A stretch of 62,868 nucleotides of DNA, filler included, from Choristocarpus tenellus KU-1152 (GCA_964200185.2; 12 parts of 12 records of this genome joined end to end with filler, not necessarily neighbours in it), one strand, 5' to 3'. Positions 13,400-27,071 are shown, counted from the first letter of the whole stretch. The notes: a model not told the origin generated them from the sequence alone. Made by a program: numbers and translations.

Positions 13400-14113
13400 T
13401 CTTTTACAGCGGTGCCACGCACGTAGGTGTGCCATCATCAAACTGGACGGCATTATTGGCAAATCTTTGTTTAAATTCGAGGTAATTTTTTGAATGGAAT
13501 TTATTTTTGTGTAAAGTCCTCTTATCTTGAGCTTCTGATGCGTAACCAAACAAAGCTGTCCACCCTGACCTTGTATCATGACCTTGAGCAAGGTTAAAGA
13601 AACAATGGTGATCCCAGCGCTCTTCAGAAGGTTGGTTAGGGTATAATATTATCCACTACTCAGAACAAAGTGAGCTGCTCTTGTCCATGAGGGCAATCTT
13701 TACCTAAATACATTGTCAACAACCAGTGGCAATTAATTCTTCCTTTTGACTGTTGACTCTCAAACACTCTCTACATTTTACTGACAAATGACTCTTTGTC
13801 CAGTATTACGTCTTCCTACCTCTTCTTGTATATACTTTACAAGAGTAAAATACCAATTGTACCATTCACTATCACATAAAATGTCAATAGCGCAAAATGC
13901 AAAGCACTGTTTGACAAGCAAGATCCCATCATCAGGACCTCATCCTAACAACCTCTCCGTTTTCTTCCTTGTACTTGTAGTGTGCGATGAGCCTATTCCT
14001 AAGCTCATCAAATCCCATCTCCCTCTTCACATACTCTTGAGACCCCCCTGCCCCCTGGTACCTTGGCATGCCCATCCATGTGAAATCAGTGTAAGGGTCA
14101 CTGTAGAAGGCAT
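13400..14113 (-). mobile_element. Degenerate Harbinger-type DDE transposase 3' part
   Basis: DAFY... at the contig edge and VFESQQSKGRI..W.VDNVF resemble the GDxAY and FN..MS..R..VE motifs of DDE_Tnp_4. Confidence 0.35.
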
Positions 14114-14473
14114 NNNNNNNNNNNNNNNNNNNNNNNNNNNNNNNNNNNNNNNNNNNNTTAATTAATTAANNNNNNNNNNNNNNNNNNNNNNNNNNNNNNN
14201 NNNNNNNNNNNNNCCCTGGTGTAGACCCCCCCCCCTCCCAGATACTTTGGGTCACCTGCAATGAAAATTCGAGGGGAAATATTTCCATTGGGAGGCCAAA
14301 GAACCAAGTGTTTTCCCCACAAGATCCTACCAGGGCAGACTACAAAAATGTAGTGTTTCCTTTGGCTCCTACTTTGCTAGAGTCTACCACCGATGCAAAA
14401 GACGAATTCTAGAACTTGCTTTGCTCGATTGCTTCCACTGTTAGTGGCAATGAGCACTTGAGAGGAATGTAAA

Positions 14474-14734
14474 GAGCCAAAGTATCTTAGAGGGTAAGGC
14501 CGCGTCCATTTGGGGGTCAAGATCCAATGTTGCGATTTTTATGTAATTTTGGCTATCAGGTTCGTTAGGAGGTGTCAATATCCTTTGTTTCGGACACGCC
14601 TTTTCATAACGTATACATTTTATCTACTCCTAAACATTTTGGATAGGAAATGTCATTTTTTTTTATTAAGTGGGAAGCAAAACCCCAAACGGACAAACAG
14701 GGCAAAACTTCTACTCTCTAAGACACTTTCACCC
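14474..14734 (+). mobile_element. MITE family A
   Basis: Same ~260-bp body and ~23-bp TIRs as the other copies. Confidence 0.9.
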
Positions 14735-14983
14735 AAACAAACTCCCTCGTAGAACAGTTGTACTGCAAGTAACAACTCAAAGCGGCACAGCTCTTGAGAG
14801 GAAAGGCGTAAAGGATTGTGCATTACGATGAAAAAAACTAAAATCGAGTCTACAGCGCAACCTTGATCTACAACACCATCCCCACCCAAACGCGCCAAAT
14901 CGCCTATGTACAACATTTGGGATGAGTACGAGTATGAGCAGCAAAGAACAAGCACATGAGACATATCGTGTGAGAGAAAATAC

Positions 14984-16928
14984 CTTACCACTAGAGTGAC
15001 GTTGTGCTTTCTGAAGTAGGCTATGTAGTCCCTGGGGGTTAGAGTTTGGTAGCCATATCCTGTGTGCTCGGATTTGCTGTGAGGGCCCGCAAATGCAAGA
15101 AATTTGTTGTCAACAATCCAGTTCAGGTCGCCGTTCTCCACCTTGCAAAGAATGAAGAGTTCATAAAACATAGATCATCATTCAGACCTTAAGGTAGTGA
15201 GTGATATGGTACAACGACATGATCAGTAATTCTCAATGAAAGTTTGCCTTCTCATTTTTTTCTATCTCTTTGTTGTACGGTTCCTTTAGCTGTTGCACTG
15301 GAACCACAAGAAGGTAGATGAACATTCATATGCCTAGAGCATTCCATGGATACCTCCAATCACTTATGAGCCTCTGAGACAATATCAATTGGGTTACAAC
15401 TGAAAACCTTCAGCAGAATGCCCCGCTTGATAGACTGTAGACGTTCTCGTCCGGAAATAATCAGGATGGGAAAAGCGAGATATCATGGCTCATGCCAAGA
15501 TAAGATGGAGGGATCCCCTACAATAGCTCTGCTGTTTATGATGTCTGCTCTCTGCTGGGTACTACATGAGAGCCTCTAAGCGGCAGAAAGGATTGATATA
15601 TATATATATAAATGTAAGGAAACTTTTGATTCAGAATTACTGTCCAAAGATTGTACCTACTGAGTGAAAGTATCTTAGAGGGTACGACTTTTGCCCTGTT
15701 TGTCCATTTGGGGCTTGGTATCCCATGGGGTTTTTAATGACATTTTTCTACTCCAAAGTGTTTCGGAGTAGGTAAAATGTATACGTTATGAGAAGGTTTG
15801 TCCGGAACAAGGATATTGACACTTCCTATCAAATAAGATAGACAAAATTACATCAAAATCGCAACATTGGATTTTGGTCCCCAAATGGACGCGGCCCTAC
15901 CCTCTAAGATACTTTGGCTCACTTCACAGTACACATAAGTGTCAGTCACACCTTGGAAAAATGCAACAGTCAATGCTACTGCTACCCTAGAACGCTCAGC
16001 CATTTTTGTGAACAATTTATACTATCCAGTAACACGTTTGGGTCATTTTCTCATTTCTCAATAACATCCGCTCTTTGTTTGGGGACCAGGTCCTCCGTAT
16101 AATGTCCTTGTCCATACAATGCCGAAGTCTATTTGCTCTTAAGACGTTCATTGCCTAGCACAATAATTGCATCTACTATTTCGAAATGAATATATTCACA
16201 CCAATAAGATAGATTTTGTTTGGAAAAATACTTCACATTAAGCCGATGCAACACTTTCACCCTACGACCTCCCCCAACCCATGCATCGATTTTTTCTCTC
16301 ACAACTGGCAAGGAGTCTCTGTCATTGGAATGCCCCCCCTAAGTGATCCAGAGGCAGTAGAAAATATCTCAAGTAGGGGTAGATAAAGGTACTTAGAAAT
16401 ATTATGGTGCTATGCAATTTAATATCAGTTCCGTAGTCACCAGGCAGGTAGCACTACATGTGCGTATGTCTACCTGAACAATATATATAGATAAACATAC
16501 ATTTATATGATGGTCACATCAACGCAAAGGTGATGAGTACCCCAACAGACCTACAACATATGAACAGAAAAAAGTGTCTTAGAAAAATATCTGTCCACCA
16601 GTGATTGCACACATGAATCTAGAAAACACTAAACCCTCAAGCAAATATGACCACCTACGTCCAGCCGCTCTATCCCAGAGGTTCTCTTGATTGATCCTGA
16701 CTACCTGAAGTCTATCACTCCGTGGATGATTACACTCTACCATCCTACCTGCTCATAGTGTTCATATTCGTTGACGTTGAAGGTCTTGAAATCAAAGAAG
16801 CAATGTGACCGTGCCCTTGCCAGTCCTCGAAGACAGTCAATAATAGTGAGATTGTACGTGCAGACACATGGCGATGCGTCGTGGAAAGGTGGGAATGATG
16901 GGAACACGCTCTTGAAGGGAGAAAATGC
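14984..16928 (-). CDS. CDC14: Cdc14 dual-specificity phosphatase, internal exons 16928-16749 and 15141-14984
   Basis: [24 protein letters not shown]...[16 protein letters not shown]|[21 protein letters not shown]...[12 protein letters not shown] are hallmark Cdc14 motifs; canonical splice sites, in phase. Confidence 0.95.
15662..15920 (-). mobile_element. MITE family A (in Cdc14 intron)
   Basis: Full-length copy with TIRs; ACT flanks both sides. Confidence 0.92.
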
Positions 16929-17252
16929 CTGAGGTTTTGGAGAAATGAGGTATGTAGCTGTCAGCAGAAAGATTATCGGGTGTTAAGAGGAGGTAGATAG
17001 GGGGGGGGGGAAGAGGGTCCTTCATGATCATAGAACCTGATCTAAGCTGGGAGAACCGTTGCTGTTAAAATGTTGGTTGTGGCAATACTTCATGTTGATG
17101 TACAAAAGAGCAGCAAGGCTTATTGTTGCAGAGGCTAGCAGAGTTTTATTTTGTTTTAGAATGTTCTGCAGGTCGCAGAATCCTTCTTACTTACTACAGT
17201 TGTCCCTTTAGTGTGTGCAGTATAGGTGTGTAGGAACGGACACCAGTAGACA

Positions 17253-17428
17253 GGCTAAAAGTATCTGGGGGGGGTGGCAGCTGTCCATTTGGGGCCATTT
17301 TTCTCATGTCGCAATATTTATGTGATTTGGTTGCATACATCGGATGGATAATGTGAGTACACGTTTCCTGGTTATGGCACAAATGGACACCCTGGTTTAG
17401 ACCCAACCCCCCCCCCCCCAGAGAACTT
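17253..17428. mobile_element. MITE family B (poly-G/C subterminal), cut by contig end; other partial copies at 10908-10925, 14214-14253, 20616-20709, 24447-24504, 44774-44945, 45066-45105, 48313-48430, 62841-62868
   Basis: GGCT(A/C)AAAGTATCTGGGG... termini and GTCCATTTGG subterminal boxes. Confidence 0.85.
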
Positions 17429-17573
17429 NNNNNNNNNNNNNNNNNNNNNNNNNNNNNNNNNNNNNNNNNNNNTTAATTAATTAANNNNNNNNNNNNNNNN
17501 NNNNNNNNNNNNNNNNNNNNNNNNNNNNGGTGAGAAATGAGGAGGATAGCGGGAATGAAGAGAGTGTGGGAGT

Positions 17574-17628
<55 letters not shown>

Positions 17629-18105
17629 GAATTCACAGCACAATCCAACACTATGCTACTGCTGAACAAAACTGGGGTGACAGGGTTTAAACCTAGGAGT
17701 TGATAATGCATGACAGGCATTTTTATGTGTATGACCTGTAAAAATCCTTTCAAAAGTCAAAAAAGGATACCAAGATCAATCAAGAACAATCAAGATCAAT
17801 CAAGATCAATTGACACATCATGGATAAGTAAGAGAACCAATCTCAACCTCAATTGTGCCCCCGCTGGAAGGAGAGAAGTTTTCATTGAACAAGCACTTCA
17901 AAAAAATATACATACACCATTCACACGGAGTGAACCAACCGATCACACTCACATCACCGTGTTGTCCACAGCTTTACAATGGAACAGTTCCCTTTACAAA
18001 ATTCAAAATAATATTGCACAATACCAAAAAAAAAAGGTACATACCGCTCGCCACTGTAAAATTCCAAGACAGAAAAGGGTATAATCACTGCATTGCTTTC
18101 CGTAC

Positions 18106-18258
18106 CTGTTGAGGAGTGAGGCTGGAAAGGTACACCAACGGAGATTTGTGAACTATAGATGCGGACCGACCAACATCTGGACCAATCCACAGAAGGCGTT
18201 CTATCTCCACCGTCATCCATGCCACTACAGCAAATGTACTGTCAATAAAAGAACAAAA

Positions 18259-18327
<69 letters not shown>

Positions 18328-20397
18328 CATTGCTGGGTCAGTGAAGGAAGTCAATCGATTTTGTACTGTCCATTATTGCGGCAGATGCAGGCGAGACAAC
18401 TCAGAGAAGAGACACAACCTCAACACCTCAACACAGACATGCTACTCATGCGCCTGATGACTTGGCTGTCGGTAGATGAGCCTTTTTTTTTCCTACCAAA
18501 ACAACAGCAAGGGAGACTTGACAACACCAGGGCAAACAACTAGACATCACGGAGCCAAATTATCTTCGAGGGTAGAGCCATGTCCATTTGGGGCCAAAAT
18601 ACAGTGTTGCGATTTTGATGTAGTTTTGACTATCGTGTTTGTTAGTAAGTGTCAACATCCGTCTTCCAAACACACCTTTTCGTAAGATGTACATTTTACC
18701 TACTCCGAAACATTTTGGAGTAGGAAAATGTCATAAAAACCCCGAGGGAAGCCCAGCCCCAAATGGGCAAACAGGGCAAAACTCGTACCTTCTAAGATAC
18801 TTTCACTCATGTATAAACACACAATATAAAATATATATATACATATATATAGGGTTTGATTACTTTAAAAATTGTAAACCAATGTGCAATAACAGTACAC
18901 CTAAAAAATATCACTAAAACAATACAAATTAACAAAAAATTGCATTGAAGATTACAGTCAACAGAGAATGCCCAAATGCACTGTCCCCAAGAGTAGAGTC
19001 CACCTCTCATCAAATAACGCCTGCACACTTTCATGGAAATACACAAGGTTCATTGTTATATACCCACATCATCGTGAAGGGAGGGACAGGGCTCTGTCAA
19101 ATTATGGTTGTACCTATCTTCCCCTCCACAGTACCCCAATGGCATGGAACAAAGCAAACTCCTTTTCTGGTGTTCAAAAAGGTGACTCCTCGAACTATCC
19201 CTATCCCCTATCAACCAATCAGCAAACGACGTTCAAATTCATAACTATTCCACTTTATTACATCATATAGCAGGGTCTACTAAACACCTGTAGTACACAC
19301 CACCCTCAATCCTAACCCTAACCCTAACCCTATCAGGTACAACTTATCCATGTATGTGTGTACACTTTAGTTAGACCTACCACAACATCAGATGCTTTTA
19401 GGTGTACCCTATTTTAGATCAGTATTCTCCTCAAAGCGGTAACACCAAGGGTGGTGATATCATTAACCTAAGCCTTAGCCCTGCCAAATTATGATGTACC
19501 TAATTCAGGCATACAATACGCTTACGCTCGTCGTTCCAATCTCTCCGATACCTACCACCCTCACCCTCGGAGTCCTGAGACTCCTTGCAACTGCAGAACA
19601 ATTGCAGTTCTCCCATCTATTTTTGTGACAACTCATTGTGAAAAAAGGGAATAACTTTAAGGACGCCCAATAGCTTCTTCAGAGCCACTGTGGCAACACT
19701 GCAGCGTGCAATATCAGCTATGCTTCCCTTGGGGAATCTATTCAAAAGATATTAACCGTTTTTTTTTCTCAAAAGATCTTTTTTTTTCACGCCGAGGCAG
19801 AAAAAATATCCCTCTTTCAAATTTTCAGGATTTTAAAAAAAAACTCTATTTTTCACTGTTGAAGATCTGTTTGCACGAATCGCAATTGACCCACAAAATA
19901 ATAAAAGTGAATATTTGATTCTCTTCCAGAATTTCACCCAGACCCTACCCTGCCACAAAATTGATCGCCACATATTTTCATCAGAACTGCACATACAAAA
20001 AAAAAAAAGTAACGACCGACCCTCCTTAACTTTCAACCCTCCGAGGTTCTGTGCCCTATATCCATGCATGCTTCAGTTACAGCCATGTACTTCAACCCTG
20101 ACACTATGAGGTATATACGTACCTTATACGTGCATGTTTCAGTTCCACCTCCCTCGCCCACTTCCTTTTCTCAGGCGTGATGGGTGCAGCGGGCTCGATT
20201 TCCACAAGCAACTCTGGCGAACCATCTCCTTGATTGATTGGCAACCCCATGCTCCAAGGCCAGACTCCTGTGTGCACATGAACAGGCTCGTCTGACAAGG
20301 TTGAGGACACAATGGCAACACCATTGACCGCACCCTCCTCATCCACCTTGGGAGGCTTTTGGTATGGCGCAGTGAGGATGGCGACAACGTCTCCATT
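18106..20397 (-). CDS. Two internal exons (20397-20123, 18224-18106) of an unidentified protein
   Basis: AG/GT-bounded and phase-compatible: NGDVVAILTAPYQKPP...HARI|SGMDDGGDRTPSVDWSRCWSVRIYSSQISVGVPFQPHSST. Confidence 0.55.
18263..18324 (+). repeat. (GT)n microsatellite
   Basis: About 30 units read directly. Confidence 0.97.
18552..18808 (+). mobile_element. MITE family A
   Basis: Full-length with TIRs; flanks ACG/ATG. Confidence 0.9.
19311..19332 (-). repeat. Short interstitial telomeric repeat (CCCTAA)n
   Basis: cctaaccctaaccctaacccta. Confidence 0.75.
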
Positions 20398-21807
20398 CTA
20401 GTGAGTGCCCCCGGTTAGGAGTGAGGCAGGGAAACACCGGGGAGGGGAGGGGGGGGGGGGGGGGGAAACGCGCCCCCCCCACAAACCAGGAAAAAAAAAC
20501 CGAGCTCTTGTTGCCNNNNNNNNNNNNNNNNNNNNNNNNNNNNNNNNNNNNNNNNNNNNTTAATTAATTAANNNNNNNNNNNNNNNNNNNNNNNNNNNNN
20601 NNNNNNNNNNNNNNNTCCGAAGTATGGAACCAGATCATCCAAAAATCGCGACATGAAAAAATTGGTCCCAAATGGACAGCCGCCACCCCCCCCCCAGATT
20701 CTTTGAGCCAATACACTTGCACAATCTCATGACTCCATAGCAAATGAGGCAACCCAACTAACACATCAAATTTCAAAGTGCCTGTGAGAGTTCATCTAAA
20801 GAAGGGATCCATCACCTCTCCAACACACGCTTTTTCATGAAGTGAGTGACTCTAATTCATTGCACCAAGTCTACCAACAACTCCAGGGTAAGAAAATATA
20901 GATGCAAATGCGACTTACAGGACCTGCTGAGCACCGAAACAACTAAACAGCGAACGGAAGGAGGATCATCTCTAAAACGCGATGTGCTCATCAGTATTTG
21001 TATAGGATTGCGTATGATCCCTGCCTATCATTGGTTTATCTCCAGTCTATAATCTTCTACTGCAAAAGAGCCTTCCAAATAAATGCCCTGGAGTAGAAGT
21101 AATGAAGGTTAGAGTTATTATGTAAGAATTGCATCGACAAAGCACAGTAAATCGACCAAAGGGTATTTCCCCACTGTGAGCTCTATGGCCTGTGATCCAA
21201 GAAGGAGAGTAGGAAGGGAAGAACTAAATCTGCAATTATGAAGTCAGTGTGCTTATTCCTCGCCAACACAGAGTACCCTATCCTCTTATTGTATGTTTTG
21301 TATTGTTTGGCAATCCCTGCCTAGTTTCACTGTTGAACCAACCTAAACGAGGGGTACCCAGAGTTGTGTTTTAAGGATGTTGCCACATATATGCGAAAAA
21401 AAATGACTTCTTGTACAATTGAGCAAACAAAAATTTCTGAATTCTCCCGAAAATATTTAAACAATAAGAAATCAACGCTCCCAAGTCAAACTCAGCACTT
21501 CATCCATAGAAATATGGGTAAATTTGAAAAGATTAGAAAATTGACGTAGAATTTTAAACGACCAAAACCTGGGTACCTCTTGTTTCCTTTAGGGCTCTTT
21601 TCGTTCCTAAATAGTTCATATCACTATTTCGTACCGCCTTCAGTACCTCCGAATGAATATAGTATATTATGGAGTATATACTACGTTGGTGCACAAGGTT
21701 GTATATTACAATTAACATTAATGACTTAACATACGCTATATTAGCACCTCCCACATTCTCAAAAACCGTTTGACCTAGAATTAGTTCTAATTCGAAGTAG
21801 CAGGTAC

Positions 21808-21976
21808 CCTCAAGTTTGGGGTTCCAAGCACTCGGTGCCCAACATGACCACCCCTGCGAAGGGTAAGGATGATAATATGGAGAAAGGGTCTCTACCACCC
21901 TCGCTGGAATGTTGCTGGTGTCGACAGAGCTGATGGGGATAGCGTATTTCGGCTGAGGATCGTCGATTGTCACCAA
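21808..21976 (-). CDS. Probable isolated exon, unknown protein (LVTIDDPQPKYAIP...YYHPYPSQGWSCWAPSAWNPKLE)
   Basis: Pyrimidine-rich acceptor ending TTTAG, GT donor, open frame with coding-like composition. Confidence 0.45.
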
Positions 21977-23244
21977 CTAAAGAAGTTTGAGTGGAGGAGT
22001 CCTTGGGTGCAACCCAAGAAAGGAAGAAAGAACTGTCACTGACACATAGAGGATGCATTCCTTAAGGTTCTTAATGCTGAGGAATGACTAGAGATCATGG
22101 CAAAGGGGAAGACCAGTGTATAGACAGTTCAACCATAGTAACTGATCTATGATGGCCTGTAACGACTCCACCCCACGTTGGGGCTTACAGCTCTGCTATT
22201 TATTTAAGGAGTGAACATAGATCCTGCCAAGGACCACATATGCTCCAAACACCAAATAATGCAAACGCCTCAGCTATGTTAGGAAAACCCTCCCTGCTGT
22301 GTCTACAACACCCCCAGAGCCAAACAGGCTACCAATAGTAGCAAAACTGCCAGCTCGACAAAGAACAGCATACAATACCAACTCAAATATCAATCTTGTA
22401 CTGCCTCCTAAACGTATTGAGCACTTGAGCATGCAACTTCAGCTTCTTCAACTGTTTGTACAGAAAGACAGGGGCATCCTCTAAAATGGAAGACAGTGTG
22501 AGTGATGCCTTCTGCTACAACGTAGGCTACTCATCTTTTGTGCACTTGATACGATACAGTATTACCAGTTTATACTAACTATCGATTCACACATCAGTAC
22601 TTGGCGTTAGTCACATTTACAGCATTACCACGTCATCAGAAGATAATCGGTTACTGTTAGAATATCATGGTGCATAGGAAATATGGAACAGTCCACATCT
22701 GTCAAATATACAACTATAGCATTCTTTTTCTGGCTGACATTGGCCCCTTCTAAGACATCAAGCTCGCTCTGCAATAAGCGTACCTGATACACAACTGAAG
22801 ACCATATATTCAGAGTTAAAACATCAAAAAAAAAAACCTTCTTCACAAGGTGACAAGCCTCGACTCAGAGCATGAACTTCTTCCTTTGAGCATCTCAACG
22901 AATAACTACAACCTTTACCAAATAACCTATGACTATGCACATCATGTCACTAGATTCACCAGCCAGAATTCACCGTTGATTTATTGCACTATGACACCCC
23001 TTCACCCCTTCGCCAAAACCAACCTGCCACAGTACAAGAGCACGATTCATTCAATCCCAGGTTTCAACAGGTTGTGTGCCTCATACAATTCCCCTTCACA
23101 AAACGCAACCTTTCATCCTCACTAAGCCCCAAACAATCCTCCAAAACCTGGTATTCATACCCTTCTACCCTCCACACTGCCAGAATATCATACATTTTAA
23201 ACTCCTCCTGGTTCTGTATGTACTGGAATGTTTGCTTCATCTCT

Positions 23245-23501
23245 GAGTGAAAGTATCTTAGAGGGTACGAGTTTTGCCCTGTTTGTCCATTTGGGGCTTG
23301 GCTTCCCTTGGATTTTATATGACATTTTCCTACTCCAAAATATTTTGGAAAAAGTAAAATGTGTATGTTATTAAAAGGTGTGTCCGGAACAAGGATATTG
23401 ACAATTCCTAACAACACGATATTCAAAATTACATCAAAATCGCAACATTGGATTTTGGCCTCCAAATGGACGCAGCTCTACCCTCTAAGATACTTTGACT
23501 C
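23245..23501 (-). mobile_element. MITE family A
   Basis: TIRs and exact CTCT TSD. Confidence 0.93.
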
Positions 23502-23782
23502 CTCTGTGGCCACGTTCAGCTCCTTCTCTGCATAGAACTACAACCTCGACACCTGCACCCTTTGCACATCACCAGAAATAAACATGTGGTTGTTCCGTGG
23601 CTACCACACACCATGACCCAGTCCATGTGCTTACCAGCTTGGGTGTGCTTCCCTTATGACGTACTTGTGCCACCATTACAAAGTTCCCTGTGGCAAAGTT
23701 TGACATTACATCCTGACTGGTTGCCCTGCGTTGCTGGGTGTGATATGCTGAACCCGCTCCAGAACCCCCTTATGCAGCTGCT

Positions 23783-23948
23783 GGCCCAAAGTATATGGGG
23801 GGGGGGGTCTACACCAGGGTGTCCATTTGAACCAAAATCAGGAAAAGTGCATTTTCATTATCCATCGGACGTATGCAATCAAATCACCAAAAAATCGTGA
23901 CATTAAAAAATTGATGGGCCGTCACCCACCCTCAGATACTTTTAAGCC
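23783..23948. mobile_element. MITE family B, complete (~166 bp)
   Basis: TIRs and exact TGCT TSD. Confidence 0.9.
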
Positions 23949-24511
23949 TGCTCCTGGACAACCCGTAGCTCCCCAGTCAAGGCCAGCATGTGCTCTTTGC
24001 TCAATGGCACTAGCAACCATGTCCCCTCCTGCGAGTTTTTCACAGCTGATAGTGCAGTACGAGGTTCCTGGCCATACATGATGTGGTATGGGGTGTTGTT
24101 GTACCATTCCCAATACCCTGTGTTCAGTGCCCACTGCACGGCAGACAAACAGTTTACCCCATCGCTGACGGGAAATTGCCCCTCGCTTAGCATCGCCTTC
24201 AGTGTCCTGATCACCTCACGCATTATTCGCTCCCTTCTCCCACTAATCTAGGGGGAGTTGGCTATCGTGAATTGGTGATCCACCCCAGACAGCTCCTGCA
24301 TCCACCTCAGTACCTGATTCTTCAGTGGCTGGCTATATTGGTCACCNNNNNNNNNNNNNNNNNNNNNNNNNNNNNNNNNNNNNNNNNNNNTTAATTAATT
24401 AANNNNNNNNNNNNNNNNNNNNNNNNNNNNNNNNNNNNNNNNNNNNGGTTATGGTCCAAATGGACCCCCTGGTCCAGATCCCCCCCCCCCAGATACTTTG
24501 GTTCAGTACCT

Positions 24512-24691
24512 GACTCAAGTATCTGGGGGGGGGGGAGGGGGGGGTCTAAACTAGGGTATCCATTCGGACCCTGACCAGGAGAAGCGCACTTACATCACCC
24601 ATCCGACGAATGTAACCAAATTCACCCATAAATCGCGACATGGAAAAATGGACCCCAAATGGACAGCCGTCTCCCCCAGATACTTTGAGCC
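24512..24691. mobile_element. MITE family B, complete
   Basis: TIRs and exact ACCT TSD. Confidence 0.9.
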
Positions 24692-27071
24692 ACCTGCAAT
24701 GTAATCAAAATAGGTACAACACATTGAGAACATGCACAATGCCTAAGGGGAGTTGATAACGGCAATCAAGTAGAACCAGTTAGAGCTGACCCAATGGGTA
24801 GTTATGGGGCTTTGCAATAAATGGTAGAAACATTCACAAATAGCCCTACCTCAAGATATAAATTAGCGAGAGTCATTTGGTACGAGGCAACGCGCAAACA
24901 CACATGCAACGATGAGAGTCCGTGTTGGTAACATATTGACAGGCAGGCGGACAGAGAGTCGGACAGAAAAAACGGGTGAATGGATGGACAAGTAGATCAC
25001 GATTTATTTTACCCAGTGGTATTTATGTAAAGGGTTTAAGAACCCTGGTAAGAGGTGGTTAGCGGAATACATCCGTTCGACTTGGAAAGACTTTGCTTTT
25101 TTTCGTTGTTCCTCTCCAATGGCAACATCTGCACTAGGCATCCGATCGATAATATGCAAGGGCCATGAATTGGGTGTTAAGTCCACTTTTACGTGATGAA
25201 GTTTGAATGGGTAAATAAGAGGTAACTTTTCGAGGCCGACCTGCACCATCACATATTTCTTACACGTAATATATTATTGACTGGTGTTCCTTGTTGTTGT
25301 GAGACGTTACATGCGCTAGGAATGGAATATTACCCTGCTCTATTGTCCACTCAGACGTGAAGTATAATTTAAATTAAATAGTACTTGAAAAATAATACTT
25401 ACTCTTTATGGCAGCAAAGATCCTCAACGTCCTCAAACGGGGGTAGGCCTCCACCCCTCCACCAGTATTCCCTCTCTCTCTATTGGGTGGTTGGTTCAGG
25501 TGGAGAGTGAGGTAACACCCTGTTTCTGATGCGCGATATGTCTTCACAACCAAGATCTACCGCCATACATGAGGTTCTGCTTGATAACGAAACCAATCTT
25601 TGCCTGTGCAAGGGATTGACTTTCATCTACCAAACTACCGTCCAGTGGACAAACGGGTAACACAACAAACGAGGTCTAAACAATTGTAACATGCCAGACC
25701 CAAAGGTACCACAAAGGCATCCAGCACAGCTGTTGACTTCTGAACTGTGATTGAAGCTCACCTGTATTAAACTCAACGAACCTGTCACACTCAACCAGCC
25801 ATCGAAAGTTTAGCTCATTTGGAACGCTTGAGAGTTGTGGGAAATAATGGGTGATACAGAGCTCTGGCGTTATATAGACAACGTGCTTACAGAGACTGTG
25901 CATGCTTACGCCACGTGATCTGTCAGCTCCATCTTGCACCGACTCTAGTTAGTGTTGTACCCACTCTTCGGTTTCGTAGGTCTTCTGGCTGTCTCAAGGC
26001 TCGTGTGTTCTGATAATTACACCATTCCACGACACACTGTTCTACATCACTATAAAATATAACAATTGTACGGGTTCTTTGTTGAGGAACCCTTGTACAC
26101 TAGGGGCAAGTTGAAACATTACCTCATGCTGCAGAGAGCAAGCTACATCGTTGAGATTTGAACAAAAATATATTAGATTAAAAAGAAATTGCGAGAAGAC
26201 ATGAAAGTATTGTGTCAAACTGAGTATACATGCAACTTTCCCCCTACTAATACCTGGAGGCACTGCTGTACAGAAGTATCAAGAGATCAAGTGCACTGAC
26301 AGGTGATTGACCTAAAACATAACGGAAACACTCCAAGGGATGGTTGAAGTGGGGTGTATTTTTAGCGACTACTACTGAACAAATAAATAGATGTAACAAA
26401 TATTATGAAGGGCGTGTAGCAGTGATGGAGCTGGACCCAGAGTCAGCAATAGGAAAGACCATTCCAGTGCCAATCACTATACTGGCAGCAGGAATAGCTT
26501 TGCCACAGGTCAATCAATGCATGAATCAGTGAGGCTTGTAAACTCCAATCAGAGGGAACATTGTCTTTCGCATGATCACTTGTGTATGCCATCAATTTCA
26601 TGTTTGGGGCCTTAGGAGGGGGTTTCATGCACCATAACCGCTTGTTTGTCAAAGCAAGCAGTCATTGGCTACTGAGCTACTCATGTTGGTAACCCGTGCC
26701 TCGACTTAAAGGTGCGTAAGAGCCTTCCAGGGATGACATGCACCTTACATAAGCAAATCCGTTCTACTTCATGCATTGATCCCACAACTACAGAGCATAG
26801 TCCAAAGACACCCGCTTACTACTGTACCAACCAAAACCGACTGCTCATTCAAAGATCTCCCCTCCCAGTGAGCATGAGAGCCAAAAGGTAGTGTGGATGG
26901 TGCTGACTCAGTATGATTCCATTCAACAAGAGTGTGGGAAACGCAAGCTTTCACTTCTGATGCAAAACCCTCTCCAAAACGGCCAATTCACCGATCGATC
27001 GTGAAGCTCCTACAATCCACCACAGAAGCAAAAGTGGTGTGTTCTTAAGACAAGAAGTGAGAAGGAAATGG

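Larger units (their letters stand above)
23050..24346 (-). mobile_element. Degenerate chromodomain-bearing Ty3/gypsy integrase, interrupted by two MITEs
   Basis: REVIRTLKAML...VQWALNT...TPYHIMYGQEPRT (integrase), KLVSTWTGSW (GPY/F-like), EEFKMYDILAVWRVEGYEYQVL (chromodomain-like). Confidence 0.8.
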
